NCBI RefSeq assembly: GCF_039654945.1
Contig: NW_027361798.1
Coordinates: 3,658,001-3,722,000 of the forward strand
Direction of reading: 5' to 3'
Source: Dendrobates tinctorius
Taxonomy: Eukaryota
Length of the DNA stretch: 64,000 bases
Part shown: positions 26,717 through 40,000 of the stretch, piece after piece
Position numbering within the stretch: the first letter of the stretch is position 1
How the letters are laid out: every line of letters starts with the position of its first letter
Translations under genes and position numbers: made by a program
Notes under the pieces: model-generated
The model's input: the letters and a program-made list of their open reading frames with translations, nothing else
The model's database searches: none
What the model was told of the DNA's origin: nothing

Positions 26717-29700
26717 GTCTAGAGGGCCTGTTCCGGGCACACGAGACGCATGCTTTCACGTATGCCTTGACGTCTCGAGCCATATGCGGCCACCAATATG
26801 ACCTTGCCAGGAGTTCGGTGGTCCGTTTTTTACCAAAATGGCCACCTAGCCTGGAGGCATGTGCCCAGGCAAGAACCTCTGGCCGTAGCCGAGGGGGCAC
26901 TAAGGTTTTGCCTGGCGGTACCGACTCGAGAGCGATAGGAGCCACGGTCATAAAACTCTCTGGAGGGAGAATTAACCGAGGCTACGCTTCTCCCTCCTCC
27001 GCTGAGACCACCGAGCGTGAGAGGGCATCTGCTCGGACGTTCTTCTCCCCGGCGAGGTAGTGTAGGGTAAAGCGGAAGCGAGAAAAGAAGAGCGACCACC
27101 TGGCCTGACGGGAATTCAGGCGTTGGGCCGTCTGAAGATAGACCAGGTTTTTATGGTCCGTGAAGACCTGAAAGGGGAACCGGGCTCCCTCCAGGAGATG
27201 TCTCCACTCGGAAAAAGCCAATTTCATGGCCAGCAGCTCCCTGTCGCCGATGGAGTAATTTTTCTCCGCCGGTGAGAAGGTCTTAGAAGAAGCAGGGATG
27301 CTTCCGACCTTGAGCATCCTTTTGGTAAAGGACTGCTCCTGCACAGACGGAAGAAGCGTCTACCTCAAGGATAAACGGCTTATCCACATCGGGACGGTGT
27401 AAAATGGGAGCGCCTGCAAAGTGGGACTTTACGGAGGAAAAGGCCTTAGAAACCTGTTCGGTCCACGCCTTAGGATTAGCTCCTTTTTTCGTGAGAGCAA
27501 CCTAAGGAGCTAACAGGGTGGAAAAGTGGGGTATAAACTGGCGATAATAGTTAACGAACCCTAAAAAGCGCTGCACCGCTTTAAGAGAATGGGGTTCCTG
27601 CCAGTCCATAACCACTTGCAGTTTGGCCGGATCCATAGTCAACCCCTGGGCCGAGATGACGTAGCCCAGAAATGGCAAGGACTCCTGCTCGAACTGACAC
27701 TTCTCCAGCTTGGCGAACAGGAAATTCGCCCGTAGGCGGTCAAATACCCTGCAGACATCTTTCCGGTGGGTGGGCAAATCTGGCGAAAAGATGAGGATGT
27801 CATCCAGACAGACCACCACCGAGGTAGAAAGCATGTCACGGAAGACGTCGTTGACGAAATCCTGGAAGACAGTGGGCGCATTACAAAGGCCGAAGGGCAT
27901 GACCAGATATTCATAATGGCCATCCCAAGTATTAAAAGCTGTCTTCCACTCGTCTCCCTCACAAATACGGATCAGGTTGTATGCCCCTCGTAGATCTAGC
28001 TTAGTAAAGAGTCGCGCCCCACGCAACCTGTCGAACAACTCGGAGATCAACGGGAGAGGGTACTTATTCTTTACCGTGATGGCATTGAGACCCCGGTAGT
28101 CGATGCAAGGGCGTAACTCTCTGCTCTTCTTCTGAACGAAGAAGAAGCCTGCCCCGGCCGGTGACACCGACTTCCTGATAAAGCTCCGTGCCAGGTTCTC
28201 CCAGATGTATTGGGACATTGCTTCCGTCTCCGGGAGAGATAATGGGTAAACACAACCTCGAGGAGGTTCTGTGCCTGGCAGGAGGTCAATCGGGCAGTCA
28301 TAGGGACGGTGCGGCGGGAGTGTCTCCGCGGACTTCTTAGAGAAGACGTCCGCATATTGATGGTAAGGTTCAGGGAGCGTGGAGAGGTTTGTAGGCAGCT
28401 CCGTAGATGCTACCTGAACACTGTCCCTGAGACACCTACCCTCGCAGTCCTTGCTCCAGCCCAATATTCTCCCCGAAGCCCAATCAATGTGAGGGGAGTG
28501 ACATCGAAGCCAGGGAACCCCAAGGAGTACCTGATCGATGCCATGAGGCATAATAAGCAAGGACAGGGTCTCCGGATGTGAGGGGGACATGGCGAGACCG
28601 AGTGGGACCGTCTGATGGGTCACTCGAGACGGCAATGGTGCCCCATCCACCACCCTGATGGTCAGAGGTTGTGGGAGTTATACCAGAGGGATAGTGTGAC
28701 TCTGGGCAAAACTCGAGGACATAAAGTTCCCCTCGGCCCCAGAATCCAGAGTGACCTCTGCCTCCCAGGTGGAGGAACCATTATCTAGGGTACCCCGGAA
28801 TACCGGCTTAGGCGAAAAGGACTCCATCTGGGACTGGCCACCACCTACAACCATGGAACGGGGTCGTCCCTTCGGCCGCTGAGGACATGTGCCAGCTGTG
28901 TGGCCAAAGTGTTGGCAGTGGTAACAGCGCACGGAGCCCCGCACCTGACGTGGCTTAGTGCCGGTGCGAGATACCTCCATGGGCTCGGTGGAGGGAGACT
29001 CCTGTGCGGAATGGCTCAGCGGTTCGGTAAAGGTGGGAGCCAGGTTAATTTTACGTCGGGATTGAGTCCTCTCCAACCCGCGCTCCGTGAACCGGAGATC
29101 AATACGGGTGGAGACGGCGATCAATTCCTCCAGAGTTGTGGGAATATCTCGGGTAGCTAGAGCATCCTTGACGTGCTCAGCTAGGCTTCTCCAGAACACT
29201 GGGACTAATACGTTGTCCGGCCACTCCAGTTCGGAAGCCAATGTCCGAAACCGGACAGCATAATGGCTAACCGAGAGTGACCCTTGTGTTAAGGACAACA
29301 GGTCGAGAGCCGTATCGTGCGTGACCCGTGGTCCTAAGAAGACCTGCTTCAGAGCCGCGAGGAACTGAGCAGGCCCCTGAACCACAGGATCATCACGTTC
29401 CCACAATGGCGTGGCCCACTGCAATGCCCGGCCAGACAATAAGGAGACAATGAAGCCCACCTTAGCCCGCTCTGTAGGAAACCGTGCAGCCAGCAACTCC
29501 AGGTGAATGGAGCACTGACTGACGAATCCCCTACAGGTGGCGCTTTCACCCGAAAACTTATCGGGGAGCGGGAGGGAAGAGATTGTCGGCGAGGGCAAGA
29601 GTGTGGGTACACGTGAGACGGCCTCAGCGACCGTCTGGGCGGCAGCTAGCGCAGCATTCGCAGCTGAGTTGGTGCTCTCGATAGCCGCCAACCTGCTCTC

Positions 29701-29770
29701 CAGCTGCCGAATGTAGCGCTGCAGCTGCTGCACGTCTGCCATTGCCAGCCAGACCCTGGCGCTAGTGTAA

Positions 29771-30661
29771 TGTTATGGTCGGCGGAACGCACCAGATATA
29801 AAATAATAAGAGGTGCGTTCGCCGCCCGGGGTCCACCGTGCGGTAGTTGGTAAGACCGCTGCTGGGCAATGGCAGATGCACCAGAAGGTGAAGTAGTGCG
29901 CACGGGTTAATGTCACCCGAACGCTAGGAGCGGCTCTGTTCAGACACAGAGTCGCTTGCCAGAAATAAATACAAAGGTGCTGGCCCTGTTATCGTCACAG
30001 GAGTCAGCGTGTGGCGTCGCAGCCGCGAACACCAATAGCTGCTGTTAATGCAGCGCAGCGGCAACTATAGCCGCAAGCGTCGGCGCCGAGGACCGGGCAC
30101 CGACGGACGCTAATGTAGGCGAAGGAGCACTGTGGCGTAGCTTGCCTCTACCTGGTGCTGACCTAAGAACACTCTCTGTCACCAATCGTATTATCCGAGG
30201 GAAGGGGTTTCATAATGAGTCAGCCAACAGTCCATGCATCCGTCACCATTCACACACATAGCAAGATAAGTCTACACTAGCGCATCGCCGAGCCGCCCTG
30301 CGGGCTTTTTATAGCGATGCGCTTCCAGAACCTTCCATTAGCTTGGGAAGGACCAATCAGATCCGACGCAGGACCTGAGCATGTGACCCCTGCTCTCCAG
30401 TGAGAGGTCAAGTTGCGGGCATGCCCAGTAGCACGGCATGAGGACTTAGCCTCAGGAGCGGTTCCCTGCAAAGCAGGTTGTGCTGCCATTGCTGCACCAG
30501 AGGTGGCAGCAACATCCAGGCTGCCAGAGCGAGTCTGAGCAGCAGGCCTGGCTCGCTGTGTTTGCTGAGCAACACCTGGAGCGGTTGAGGAAGAATGGGA
30601 GACCGCAGGATATCAGGCTCTGGATTCCTGCTGTGCAGTGCCAGGAATCCGACGCTTAACA
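29771..30661 (-). mobile_element. 5' LTR, subfamily A (second copy)
   Basis: Near-identical to 1040..1930 at offset 28731. PBS at 29759-29769 is complementary to 30273-30283. Confidence 0.92.
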
Positions 30662-32034
30662 CATTTGCTGTGGGTGGTGTACAACTTAAATTTCTTCTGG
30701 CAATTACTCAGATCTGCTCCCTGTCCACATTTTCCGCTAAGGCTTTTGTGGATTCAGGAGCGGCTCTGAACCTGATGGACTTGGATTTTGCTAAACGTTG
30801 TGGGTTTCCTATGACACCTCTGCGGACGCCTATCCCTTTGAGGGGGATTGATGCTACTCCTTTGGCGAAGAATAAACCTCAGTTTTGGACCCAGGTGGTA
30901 ATGCGGGTCGCCCCAGACCATCAAGAAAATTGCAGATTTTTGGTGTTGCATAATTTGCATGATACCATTGTTCTGGGATTTCCCTGGTTGCAAATCCGTA
31001 ATCCAGTTTTGGATTGGAAATCTGTGTCTGTGGTGAGTTGGGGTTGTCGGTGTGCTCTTGGTGACGCTCCTGTTTTCTCCACCTCTCCCCAGTTGCATGA
31101 TGTTCCTGACTATTTGGCTGATTATTATGATGTATTTAGTGAGAATGAGTCTGCGTCTTTGCCTCCTCATAGGAGTTATGACAATGTGCAATTGAGCTGA
31201 GCCCTGGGTGTAAATTTCCCACGGGTCGGCTTTTCATTTTATCCGTACCCGAGCACGAGGCTATGCGATCTTATATTAAGGAGGCATTGGAGAAGGGTCA
31301 TATTAGACCATTCTCTTCCCCCTTGGGTGCTGGGTTTTTTTTCGTGGTCAAGAAAGATGGTTCAATAAGGCCTTGTATTGATTATCGTTCCCTCAACAAA
31401 ATTACTATTAAATATCAGTATCCGTTACCCCTGATTTCTGATCTATTCTCCAAAGTTAAAGGTGCTTGCTGGTTTACCAAGCTTGACCTCAGGGGGCGTA
31501 TAATCTTATTCGCATTAAGCAGGGGGATGAATGGAAGACGGCGTTTAATACTCCAGAGGGACATTTTGAGTACCTGGTGATGCCTTTTGGGCTCACTAAT
31601 GCCCCTTCTGTCTTCCAGTGCTTCATGAACGATATATTCCGAGACTTTGTGGATAAATTTTTGATCATCTATCTGGATGATATTTTGATCTTTTCCAGGG
31701 ATTGGGATTCTCATGTGGAACATGTTCAGACTATGTTCCAGATTTTGAGGGAGAATTCCCTGTATGTTAAGGGATCAAAATGCCTTTTTGGAGTACAGAG
31801 GATTTCATTTTTGGGATTTATTTTGTCTCTGTCAACTATTGAAATGGACCCGGCCAAGGTACAGGCCATTTATGATTGGGTTCAGCCCACTTCTTTGAAG
31901 GCCCTCCAGAAGTTTTTGGGTTTTGCTAATTTTTATCTTAAATTCATAGCTAATTTTTCTGGTATTGCCAAACCATTGACTGATTTGACTAAGAAGGGTG
32001 CTGATGTGCTGAATTGGTCTCCAGAGGCTGTTTC
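30662..32034 (+). pseudogene. pol: Gypsy family X PR-RT (duplicate of 1931..3293)
   Basis: Same sequence and same flanking junctions as the first copy. Confidence 0.9.
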
Positions 32035-32957
32035 TGTTAGGCGTCGGATTTCTGGCGCTGCACAGCGGGAATCCCGAGCCTTGCCTCTGACGGTCTCCCA
32101 TTCCTCCCCAGCCGCAGAGGAGCTTGCTCAGCAAACTCATCGGTCCCGGCACCCTGTCCAGACCAGCTCCGTGGGTTTGCTTGCTGCTGCCACCCATGGT
32201 TCAGCTTTGGCAATGCATGCTGCTCAGCAGCAAGATCCTCCAGGGACTAAGTCCTCATGTCGGGCCACTGAGCATGCCTGTGGAGTGATCTCCCATTGGA
32301 GATCAAAGGTCATGTGCTCAGGTCCTGCTCGTGTTCGGATTGGCCCATCCGAGAAGCAAGGAGGATCACGGACGCCTGCGGCTATAAAAGGTTCGCATGG
32401 CCGCTCGGCCATGTGCTAAGATAGACTCAAATAGTTTGGTGTGTATGATGATGGATGCATGTATCTGGTGTCTGACTCATTATGAAACCCCTACCCTTTG
32501 ATACGTCTGTTATTAGGGTTTAGAGTCTGAGTCAGCGCCTGCTAGTGGCTAGCCTGTAGGCCACAGTGCATACCGGCCGTCTGCACACTTGCACACGCCA
32601 TTTATTTGATCCCTGTTGGTATCGCAGTCGCGGTGCCGGGCGCTAGCGGTCTAGAGGGACTTCAGTCCTGCTGTCTAAGGGCTGAGTCCTGTGACGTTAC
32701 GCTAGCACTTACTCTGCCGAGCTCTGTGAGCGAAAACAGGCTACGGCGTCTATTATTTGCGGTGGTGCGGCTCTAAGTCATAAGAGTTCGCCTCGGTACA
32801 CCTTGGGTGAGGTTAATCCCGTGTGTGCCGTTATTGCACCGCCATATCGCGTCCGCCATTACCGAGCAGCAGTTAACACCTCTGCACGGTGGACCTAGGG
32901 CTGCGAACGCACCTAAACACCATCTTATTATTTGGTGTGTTCCGCCAGCCCTTAACA
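32035..32957 (+). mobile_element. 5' LTR, subfamily B
   Basis: Preceded by GTTTC; TATAAAAG at 32383; followed by PBS TATCTTAGCGC (32959-32969) and gag. Confidence 0.92.
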
Positions 32958-32985
32958 TTATCTTAGCGCCAGGGTCTGGCCGATA

Positions 32986-33866
32986 ATGGCGCATGAACAA
33001 CGACTGCATAGGTACATCCAGCAGCTGGAGGGTAGGTTGGCAGCGCTAGAGCGTTCCACCTCAGCTGCGGATGTTACCTCGGTCGCCGTTCAGGCAGCTA
33101 CAGAGGCTGTCGCTCATGTCTCCACGGCCAGTCCTGCCCCGACCTTGTCCCGCCTCCCGAGAAGTTCTCAGGGGATAGTGCTTCGTGTAGGGGTTTCGTG
33201 AGTCAGTGCTCCATTCACCTAGAGCTGCTGGCTACACGATTTCCCTCTGAGCGGGCCAAGGTGGGATTTATCATCTCCCTCCTGTCGGGCAGGGCCTTGG
33301 AATGGGCCACTCCACTGTGGGAGCATGGGGATCCCCTGGTACAGAGTGGCACCCACTTCTTGGTCGCTCTGAAACAGGTGTTCCTGGGACCTCAGGTCAC
33401 ACATGACACGGCACTCCAGTTACTGGCGCTAACCCAGGGTTCGTCTTTGGTCAGCCAGTATGCCATCCTCTTCAGAACTCTGGTCTCTGAGCTGGAGTGG
33501 CCAGATAAGGTGCTCATACCCATATTCTGGAGAGGCCTGGCTGATCATGTCAAGGACGCCCTGGCCACCAGGGAGGTGCCTACCACCCTAGAGGAGCTCA
33601 TTACAGTCTCCACCCGGATTGACGTTCGCTTCACTGAGCGAGGGTTGGAGCGCTCCAGGTCCCGCCAACGCTATAAGTTGGCTCCAAATTTTGCCAGACC
33701 GCTGGAACCCCTCGGCCCACCGCCTGAGCCTCCAGAGGCCATGGAGGTGTCCCGCTCTGGGTCCAGGGTCTGGTCCGTGCGGGTACCCCCAGTCTGCTTC
33801 CGTTGTCGGCAGACTGGGCACCACGCTAACCTGTGCCCACAGCGGCCGGGAAACGCCCCCGTCTAG
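32986..33866 (+). pseudogene. gag: Subfamily B gag (one frameshift near 33160)
   Basis: MAHEQRLHRYIQQLE..., CFRCRQTGHHANLC zinc knuckle. Confidence 0.88.
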
Positions 33867-33910
33867 TGGTTATCGGAGGGGGTCTACTAGACACAGCTAA
33901 TTTCTCCTCC
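33848..33910 (+). promoter_or_regulatory. -1 ribosomal frameshift signal (slippery site and predicted pseudoknot)
   Basis: G GGA AAC in the gag frame, 6-nt spacer, stem 1 at 33861-33869/33884-33892, stem 2 at 33875-33882/33903-33910. pol is in the -1 frame. Confidence 0.8.
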
Positions 33911-36900
33911 AAGCTCCTGTTTAAAGGGGCGTTAGAGTTTGAGTCTTCCACTCTGATGGTGGAGGTTTGCGTGGACTCTGGAGCGGAGGGCAACTTTATG
34001 TCATCTGCCTTCGCTCAACAACACGCAGTCCCTCTGGTCTTGCTACCTCAGCCAGTCACCATTAGGGTGGTGAATGGGGCGACACTCCCGTCCCTAATCA
34101 CCCACCAAACGGCTCCACTGAGACTCTCACTGTCTCCGTCTCATCAGGAGATGCTGTCTCTCCTTGTGATGCCAGAAGGTATCGACCAGGTCCTCCTAGG
34201 GCTTCCCTGGTTACGGGCCCACTCTCCCCACATAGACTGGTCCTCGGGGAAAATCCTCGCTTGGAGTAAGTCCTGCGAGGGTAGGTGTCTGAGGGACTGC
34301 ATTCAGGTCGCTACTTCTGAGGTTCCTGCAGATCTCTCCTCGCTTCCCAAGCCATATCGGCAGTATGCAGACGTTTTCTCCAAGAAGGCGGCGGAGATCC
34401 ATCCGCCGCACCGCCCTTACGACTGTCCTATTGACCTCTTGCCCGGCGCTGAGCCTCCTCGGGGTCGAGTATACCCCCTATCTCTCCCAGAGACAGAGGC
34501 CATGTCGCAGTATATCAGGGAGAATCTGGCAAGGGGATTCATTAGGAAGTCGGTGTCCCCGGCGGGAGCGGAATTCTTCTTTGTCCAAAAGAAGAATGGG
34601 GAATTACGTCCGTGCATCGATTACAGGGGACTTAACGCCATAACCGTTAAGAACAAGTATCCTCTGCCCCTGATATCGGAACTATTTGATAGGCTACGGG
34701 GAGCGAGAGTGTTTACTAAGCTTGATCTGCGGGGAGCCTATAACCTGATTCGCATCCGTGATGGGGACGAATGGAAGACGGCATTTAACACCAGAGATGG
34801 GCACTATGAATATCTGGTGATGCCCTTCGGGCTATGTAACGCCCCAGCCGTCTTCCAAGATTTAGTGAACGATATCTTCCGGGATATGCTTGCCACCTCG
34901 GTAGTAGTCTATCTGGATGATATTCTTATTTTTTCTCCAGATATTGACTCCCACCGGAGAGATGTTCGCAAAGTTTTCGATCTCCTGCGGGCCAACTCCC
35001 TCTATGCCAAATTGGAGAAATGTGTGTTTGAGCAGGAGTCCTTGCCTTTCCTGGGTTACATCATCTCAGCCCAGGGTTTGGCCATGGATCCTGCCAAGCT
35101 ACAGGCGGTGATGGATTGGCAGGAACCCCATTCTCTCAAAGCGGTGCAGCGCTTTATGGGGTTCATAAATTACTATCGCCAATTCATTCCCCATTTCTCA
35201 ACTTTGGTTGCACCCGTGGTAGCCCTCACCAAGAAGTGTGCGAACCCCAAACTGTGGTCGGAGACTGTCTCCAAGGCTTTCGCCTCCATTAAGTCCCATT
35301 TTGCTAGCGCTCCCATTCTACATCGCCCTGATGTAGATAAGCCATTCATTCTAGAAGTGGATGCCTCCTCCGTCGGTGCTGGGGCGGTCCTTTTCCAGAA
35401 GGACTCGCAAGGTTGGAAGCACCCATGCTTCTTCTTCTCCAAGACCTTCACACCGGCGGAGAGGAATTATTCCATCGGGGACAGAAAGTTGCTAGCAATG
35501 AAGCTGGCCTTCTCAGAATGGAGACATCTCCTGGAGGGGGCTTGCCATCCTTTCCAGGTGTTCACCGATCACAAAAATTTGGTCTATTTGCAGACGGCTC
35601 AGCGGCTGAATTCTCGTCAGGCCAGATGGTCCTTGTTCTTCTCCCGGTTCCATTTCACACTACATTTTCTCTCCGGGGAGAAGAACGTCCGAGCCGATGC
35701 TCTTTCTCGCTCTGTGGTGTCATCAGAGGAGGAGGAGGAGCCTCGACTGATAGTCCCATCGGAGAGCCTGAGGACCGTGGCTCCGGTTGCTCTTGAGTCT
35801 GTACCTCCGGGCAAGACTTTTGCCGCTGTCCATCTGCGACCGGAGGTTCTCTCGTGGGCTCATTCGTCCAGAGTGGGAGGTCATTTCGGGATCAAACGGA
35901 CCACTGAACTACTGGCGAGGACGTACTGGTGGCCGCATATGGCCCGTGACGTCAAGGACTATATTCAGGCGGTTGCGGACAGGCCCTGGGAGATGGTTGG
36001 TATGGCCTTTGTGGTGGGTCTGCCCAAGTCCAGTGGCAGCACCGTCTTCTGGGTGATCACCGATCATTTCTCCAAGATGGTGCACCTAGTACCACTCTCT
36101 CGGCTACCGTCGGCACGAGGCCTAGCGGCATTGTTCATTAAATATGTTTTCCGCCTACACGGCATGCCGGATAAGATTGTCAGCGACCGGGGTCCCCAGT
36201 TTGCTTCTCGGTTCTGGAGAGAGCTCTGTTCTCTGCTCAGCATTGAGCTAAATCTCTCTTCGGCCTATCATCCCGAGACGAATGGGTTGGTGGAGAGAGC
36301 CAACCAGACCCTGGTGACATATCTGAGACATTTTGTCTCGGCTAGGCAGGATGATTGGGCGTCCTTACTGCCGTGGGCGGAGTTCGCCTTGAACAACGCG
36401 GTAGCCGATTCCACCGGTCAGACCCCATTTCTCTTAAATTACGGTCAGCATCTGCGCGTCCCCGTGCCCATGCCCGTGTCATCCACCGACTCTAGGGTGG
36501 CAGACTGGGCGGTGGAGGCACGTGACATTTGGGACCGCACGCAGGATGCTATCCGGGCCTCCAAGGAGAGAATGAGGTCCTCCGCTGATACCCGCCGGCG
36601 CCCTGCTCTGACCTTTGCCCCTGGCGACTTAGTGTGGCTCTCTGCCCGTAACATCAGGCTGCGGGTGGAATCCGCTAAGTTCACACCACGCTACATCGGT
36701 CCTTTCAAGGTCCTCGAGCAGATTAATCCTGTGGTCTACCATCTAGCCCTTCCACCACACTTGGCTATCTCGGACACGTTTCATGTGTCTCTCCTCAAGC
36801 CAGTTCACATGTCCCGGTTTTCTGAGCCAGCTACCAGAACATCAGATCTGTCGTCTGACGAGTTTGAGGTCAATGCCATCGTGGGATGCAAGGTGATGCG

Positions 36901-37038
36901 GGGCAAAAAGTTTTACTTGGTGGATTGGAAGGGTCATGGTCCAGAGGCCCGGACCTGGGAGCCGGTGGAGAATATCCACGCTCCTCTTCTCATTGCAGAG
37001 TTTGAGCGGAGCGAGGCTCAGAGAGGAGGGGGCCCTAG
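33850..37038 (+). CDS. pol: Subfamily B pol (PR-RT-RH-IN-chromodomain); open, with an in-frame deletion of the integrase CxxC
   Basis: 1078-aa ORF with VDSGA, YLDD, DASS, FVVGLP, VSDRG, ERANQ and a chromodomain. The 3' LTR is missing, replaced by LTR-C. Confidence 0.9.
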
Positions 37039-40000
37039 TATTAGGGTCGGCGGAACGCACCAGATATAAATAATGGAAGGCGCGTTCGCCGCCCGGGGTC
37101 CACCGTGCGGTAGATGACAAGACCGCTGCTGGACAATGGCAGATACGCTAGAAGTGCGAAACAGCGCTCGGGTTAACGTCACCCGAGAGCCTGAGAGCGG
37201 ACTCTGTTTAGTCACAGAGACGCCAAAGTATGAACTAGACGTAAAGGCTGAACCTGTTAGCTGCACAGGTCAGCCGGCGTGTGGCGTCGCAGCTGCGAAC
37301 ACCAAAAGCTGCTACTACTGCAGCGCGGCCGTAACGGAAGCCGCTAAGCGACGATGCCGGAGGAGCCGGGCACCGACGGACGCTAGTGTAGGTGAGGAAG
37401 GCTCAGTGGCGTGTAGCCTGCCACAATCTGGAGCTGACTAACCCAACATACTGTCACCATTCGTAATATCCGAGGGAAGGGGTTTCATAATAAGTCAGAC
37501 ACCAGTCCATGCATCCATCACCATACATACACAGCATAATATGCTACACTAGCGCATGGCCGAGCCGCCATGCAGGCTTTTTATAGCCATGCGCTTCCGG
37601 GACCTTCCAGTACTATAGGAAGGACCAATCAGATCCGACATAGGACCTTCACATGTGACCCCTGCTCTCCACTGAGAGGACAAGTTGCGGGCATGCCCAG
37701 TCGCACGGCGCGAGGACTTAGCCTCTAGAGCAGTTCCCTGCAAAGCAGGTTGCGTTATCATTGCTGCACCAGAGGTGGCAGCAACATCCAGGCTCACAGA
37801 ACGAGTCTGCGGGGAATGCCTGGTTCGCCGAGATTGCTGAGCAGGAGTCCGAGCGGTCGGAGGAGAATGGGAGACCGCAGGATGTCTGGCTCTGGATTCC
37901 TGCTGTGCAGTGCCAGGAATCCGACGCCTAACATTACCCCCACCTCCCAGGGCCCCCCCCTGCTGAGCCTCACTGCGCTCGAAGGCCGCGATCAGGAGCG
38001 GTGCGTGAATATTTTCCACCGGCTCCCAGGTCCGAGCCTCGGGCCCATGACCCTTCCAGTCCACCAAATAAAATTTTTTGCCACGGACAAACCTGCGCCC
38101 CACGATGGCATTAACCTCAAACTCATCAGACGATAAGTCTGATGACCCAGCAGATGACTCAGAAAACCGGACCATGTGAACTGGTTTGAGGAGGGACACA
38201 TGGAACACGTCCGAAATGGCCAAATGTGGAGGTAGAGCCAGGCGGTAGACCACCGAGCTAAGTCGCTCGAGGACCTTGAATGGTCCAATGTATCGCGGTG
38301 CGAACTTGGGAGACTCAACCCGCAGTTTAATGTTTCGGGTGGAGAGCCATACCATGTCGCCAGGGGAGAAGCTTGGCGCAGGCCGCCGATGCATGTCGGC
38401 GGACGCCCTCATCCTTTCTTTAGATGCCCGGATAGCATCCTGAGTGCGATCCCAAATGTCCCGGGCCTCCACTGCCCAGTCTGCCACCCTGGAGTCAGTG
38501 GAGGACACTGGCATCGGGACAGGGACACGTGGATGTTGGCCATAGTTTAGGAGAAAGGGCGTCTGACCAGTGGAATCAGCCACCGCATTGTTTAGGGCAA
38601 ATTCTGCCCAAGGTAGCAAGGATGCCCAGTCATCCTGCCTGGCAGAGACAAAATGTCGTAAATAGGTGACCAAGGTCTGATTGGCTCTCTCGACCAAGCC
38701 ATTCGTCTCGGGATGGTAAGCGGAGGATAGATTTAGCTCGATGCTGAGTAAACTGCAGAGCTCCCTCCAAAACCGAGACGCAAACTGGGGACCACGGTCA
38801 CTCACGATTTTGTCCGGCATGCCATGTAGACGGAATACGTGTTTAATGAACAAGGTGGCCAGACCTCGAGCGGAAGGCAGGCGTGCGAGTGGCACCAGAT
38901 GCACCATTTTGGAAAAATGGTCGGTGACCACCCAGATGACCGTACTGCCACCAGACTTGGGCAGGCCAACTATGAAGTCCATGCCAACCATCTCCCATGG
39001 TCTATCCGCTACTGGCAGGGGAAACAACAGCCCCGCCGGCCTCTGTCTAGAGGGTCTGTTCCGAGCACACGAAACACATGCCTGCACGTACTCCTTGACA
39101 TCTCGAGCCATATGTGGCCACCAATATGACCTTGCCAGGAGTTCGGCGGTCCGTTTTTTACCAAAATGGCCACCCACTCTGGAGGCATGTGCCCAGGCGA
39201 GGACCTCCGGCCGTAGCTGAGGAGGCACCAAGGTCTTGCTCGGTGGTACCGACTCGAGCGCAACTGGAGCCACGGTCGTAAAACTCTCCGGCGGGAGAAT
39301 TAACCGAGGCTCAGCTTCTCCTTCCTCCGCTGAGACCACTGAACGTGAGAGAGCATCCGCACGGACGTTCTTCTCTCCAGAGAGGTAGTGGAGGGTGAAG
39401 CGGAATCGTGAGAAGAAGAGCGACCACCTGGCCTGATGGGAATTCAGGCGTTGGGCCGTCTATAGATAGACCAGGTTTTTATGGTCCGTATATACCAGAA
39501 AGGGAAACCGGGCTCCCTCCAGGAGATGTCTCCATTCAGAAAAAGCCAACTTCATGGCTAGCAGCTCCCTGTCGCCGATGGAGTAATTTTTCTCCGCCGG
39601 TGAGAAGGTCTTGGAATAGAAGAAGCAGGGGTGCTTCTGACCTTGAGCATCCTTTTGATAAAGGACTGCTCCTGCACCGACGGAAGAAGCGTCTACCTCA
39701 AGGATAAACGGCTTATCCACATCGGGACGATGTAATATGGGAGCGCCAGCAAAATGTGATTTTATAGCCGAGAAGGCCTTGGAGACATGTTCTGACCAAG
39801 CATTGGGGTTAGCTCCTTTCTTGGTGAGAGCAACCAAAGGAGCCACCAGTGTGGAAAAGTGTGGTATGAACTGGCGGTAGTAATTCACGAACCCCAAAAA
39901 GCGCTGCACCGCTTTGAGGGAATGGGGTTCCTGCCAGTCCATAACCGCTTGTAGTTTGGCCGGATCCATGGCCAGCCCCTGGGCTGAGATGATATAGCCC

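Larger units (their letters stand above)
22981..29770 (-). mobile_element. Chromovirus internal region (gag-PR-RT-RH-IN-chromodomain), degenerate
   Basis: gag 28678-29742, RT 27502-28653 (YLDD mutated to CLDD), RNase H 26982-27344, integrase split at 24080-26716, chromodomain EYEVNAIVGRRFVRGKKMYMVDWKG. Confidence 0.93.

Noticed and set aside
33833-37069. Domesticated PEG10/RTL1-like host gene
   Set aside because: It has an LTR and PBS, a near-identical second copy in the window and inactivating lesions, so it is a transposon copy.
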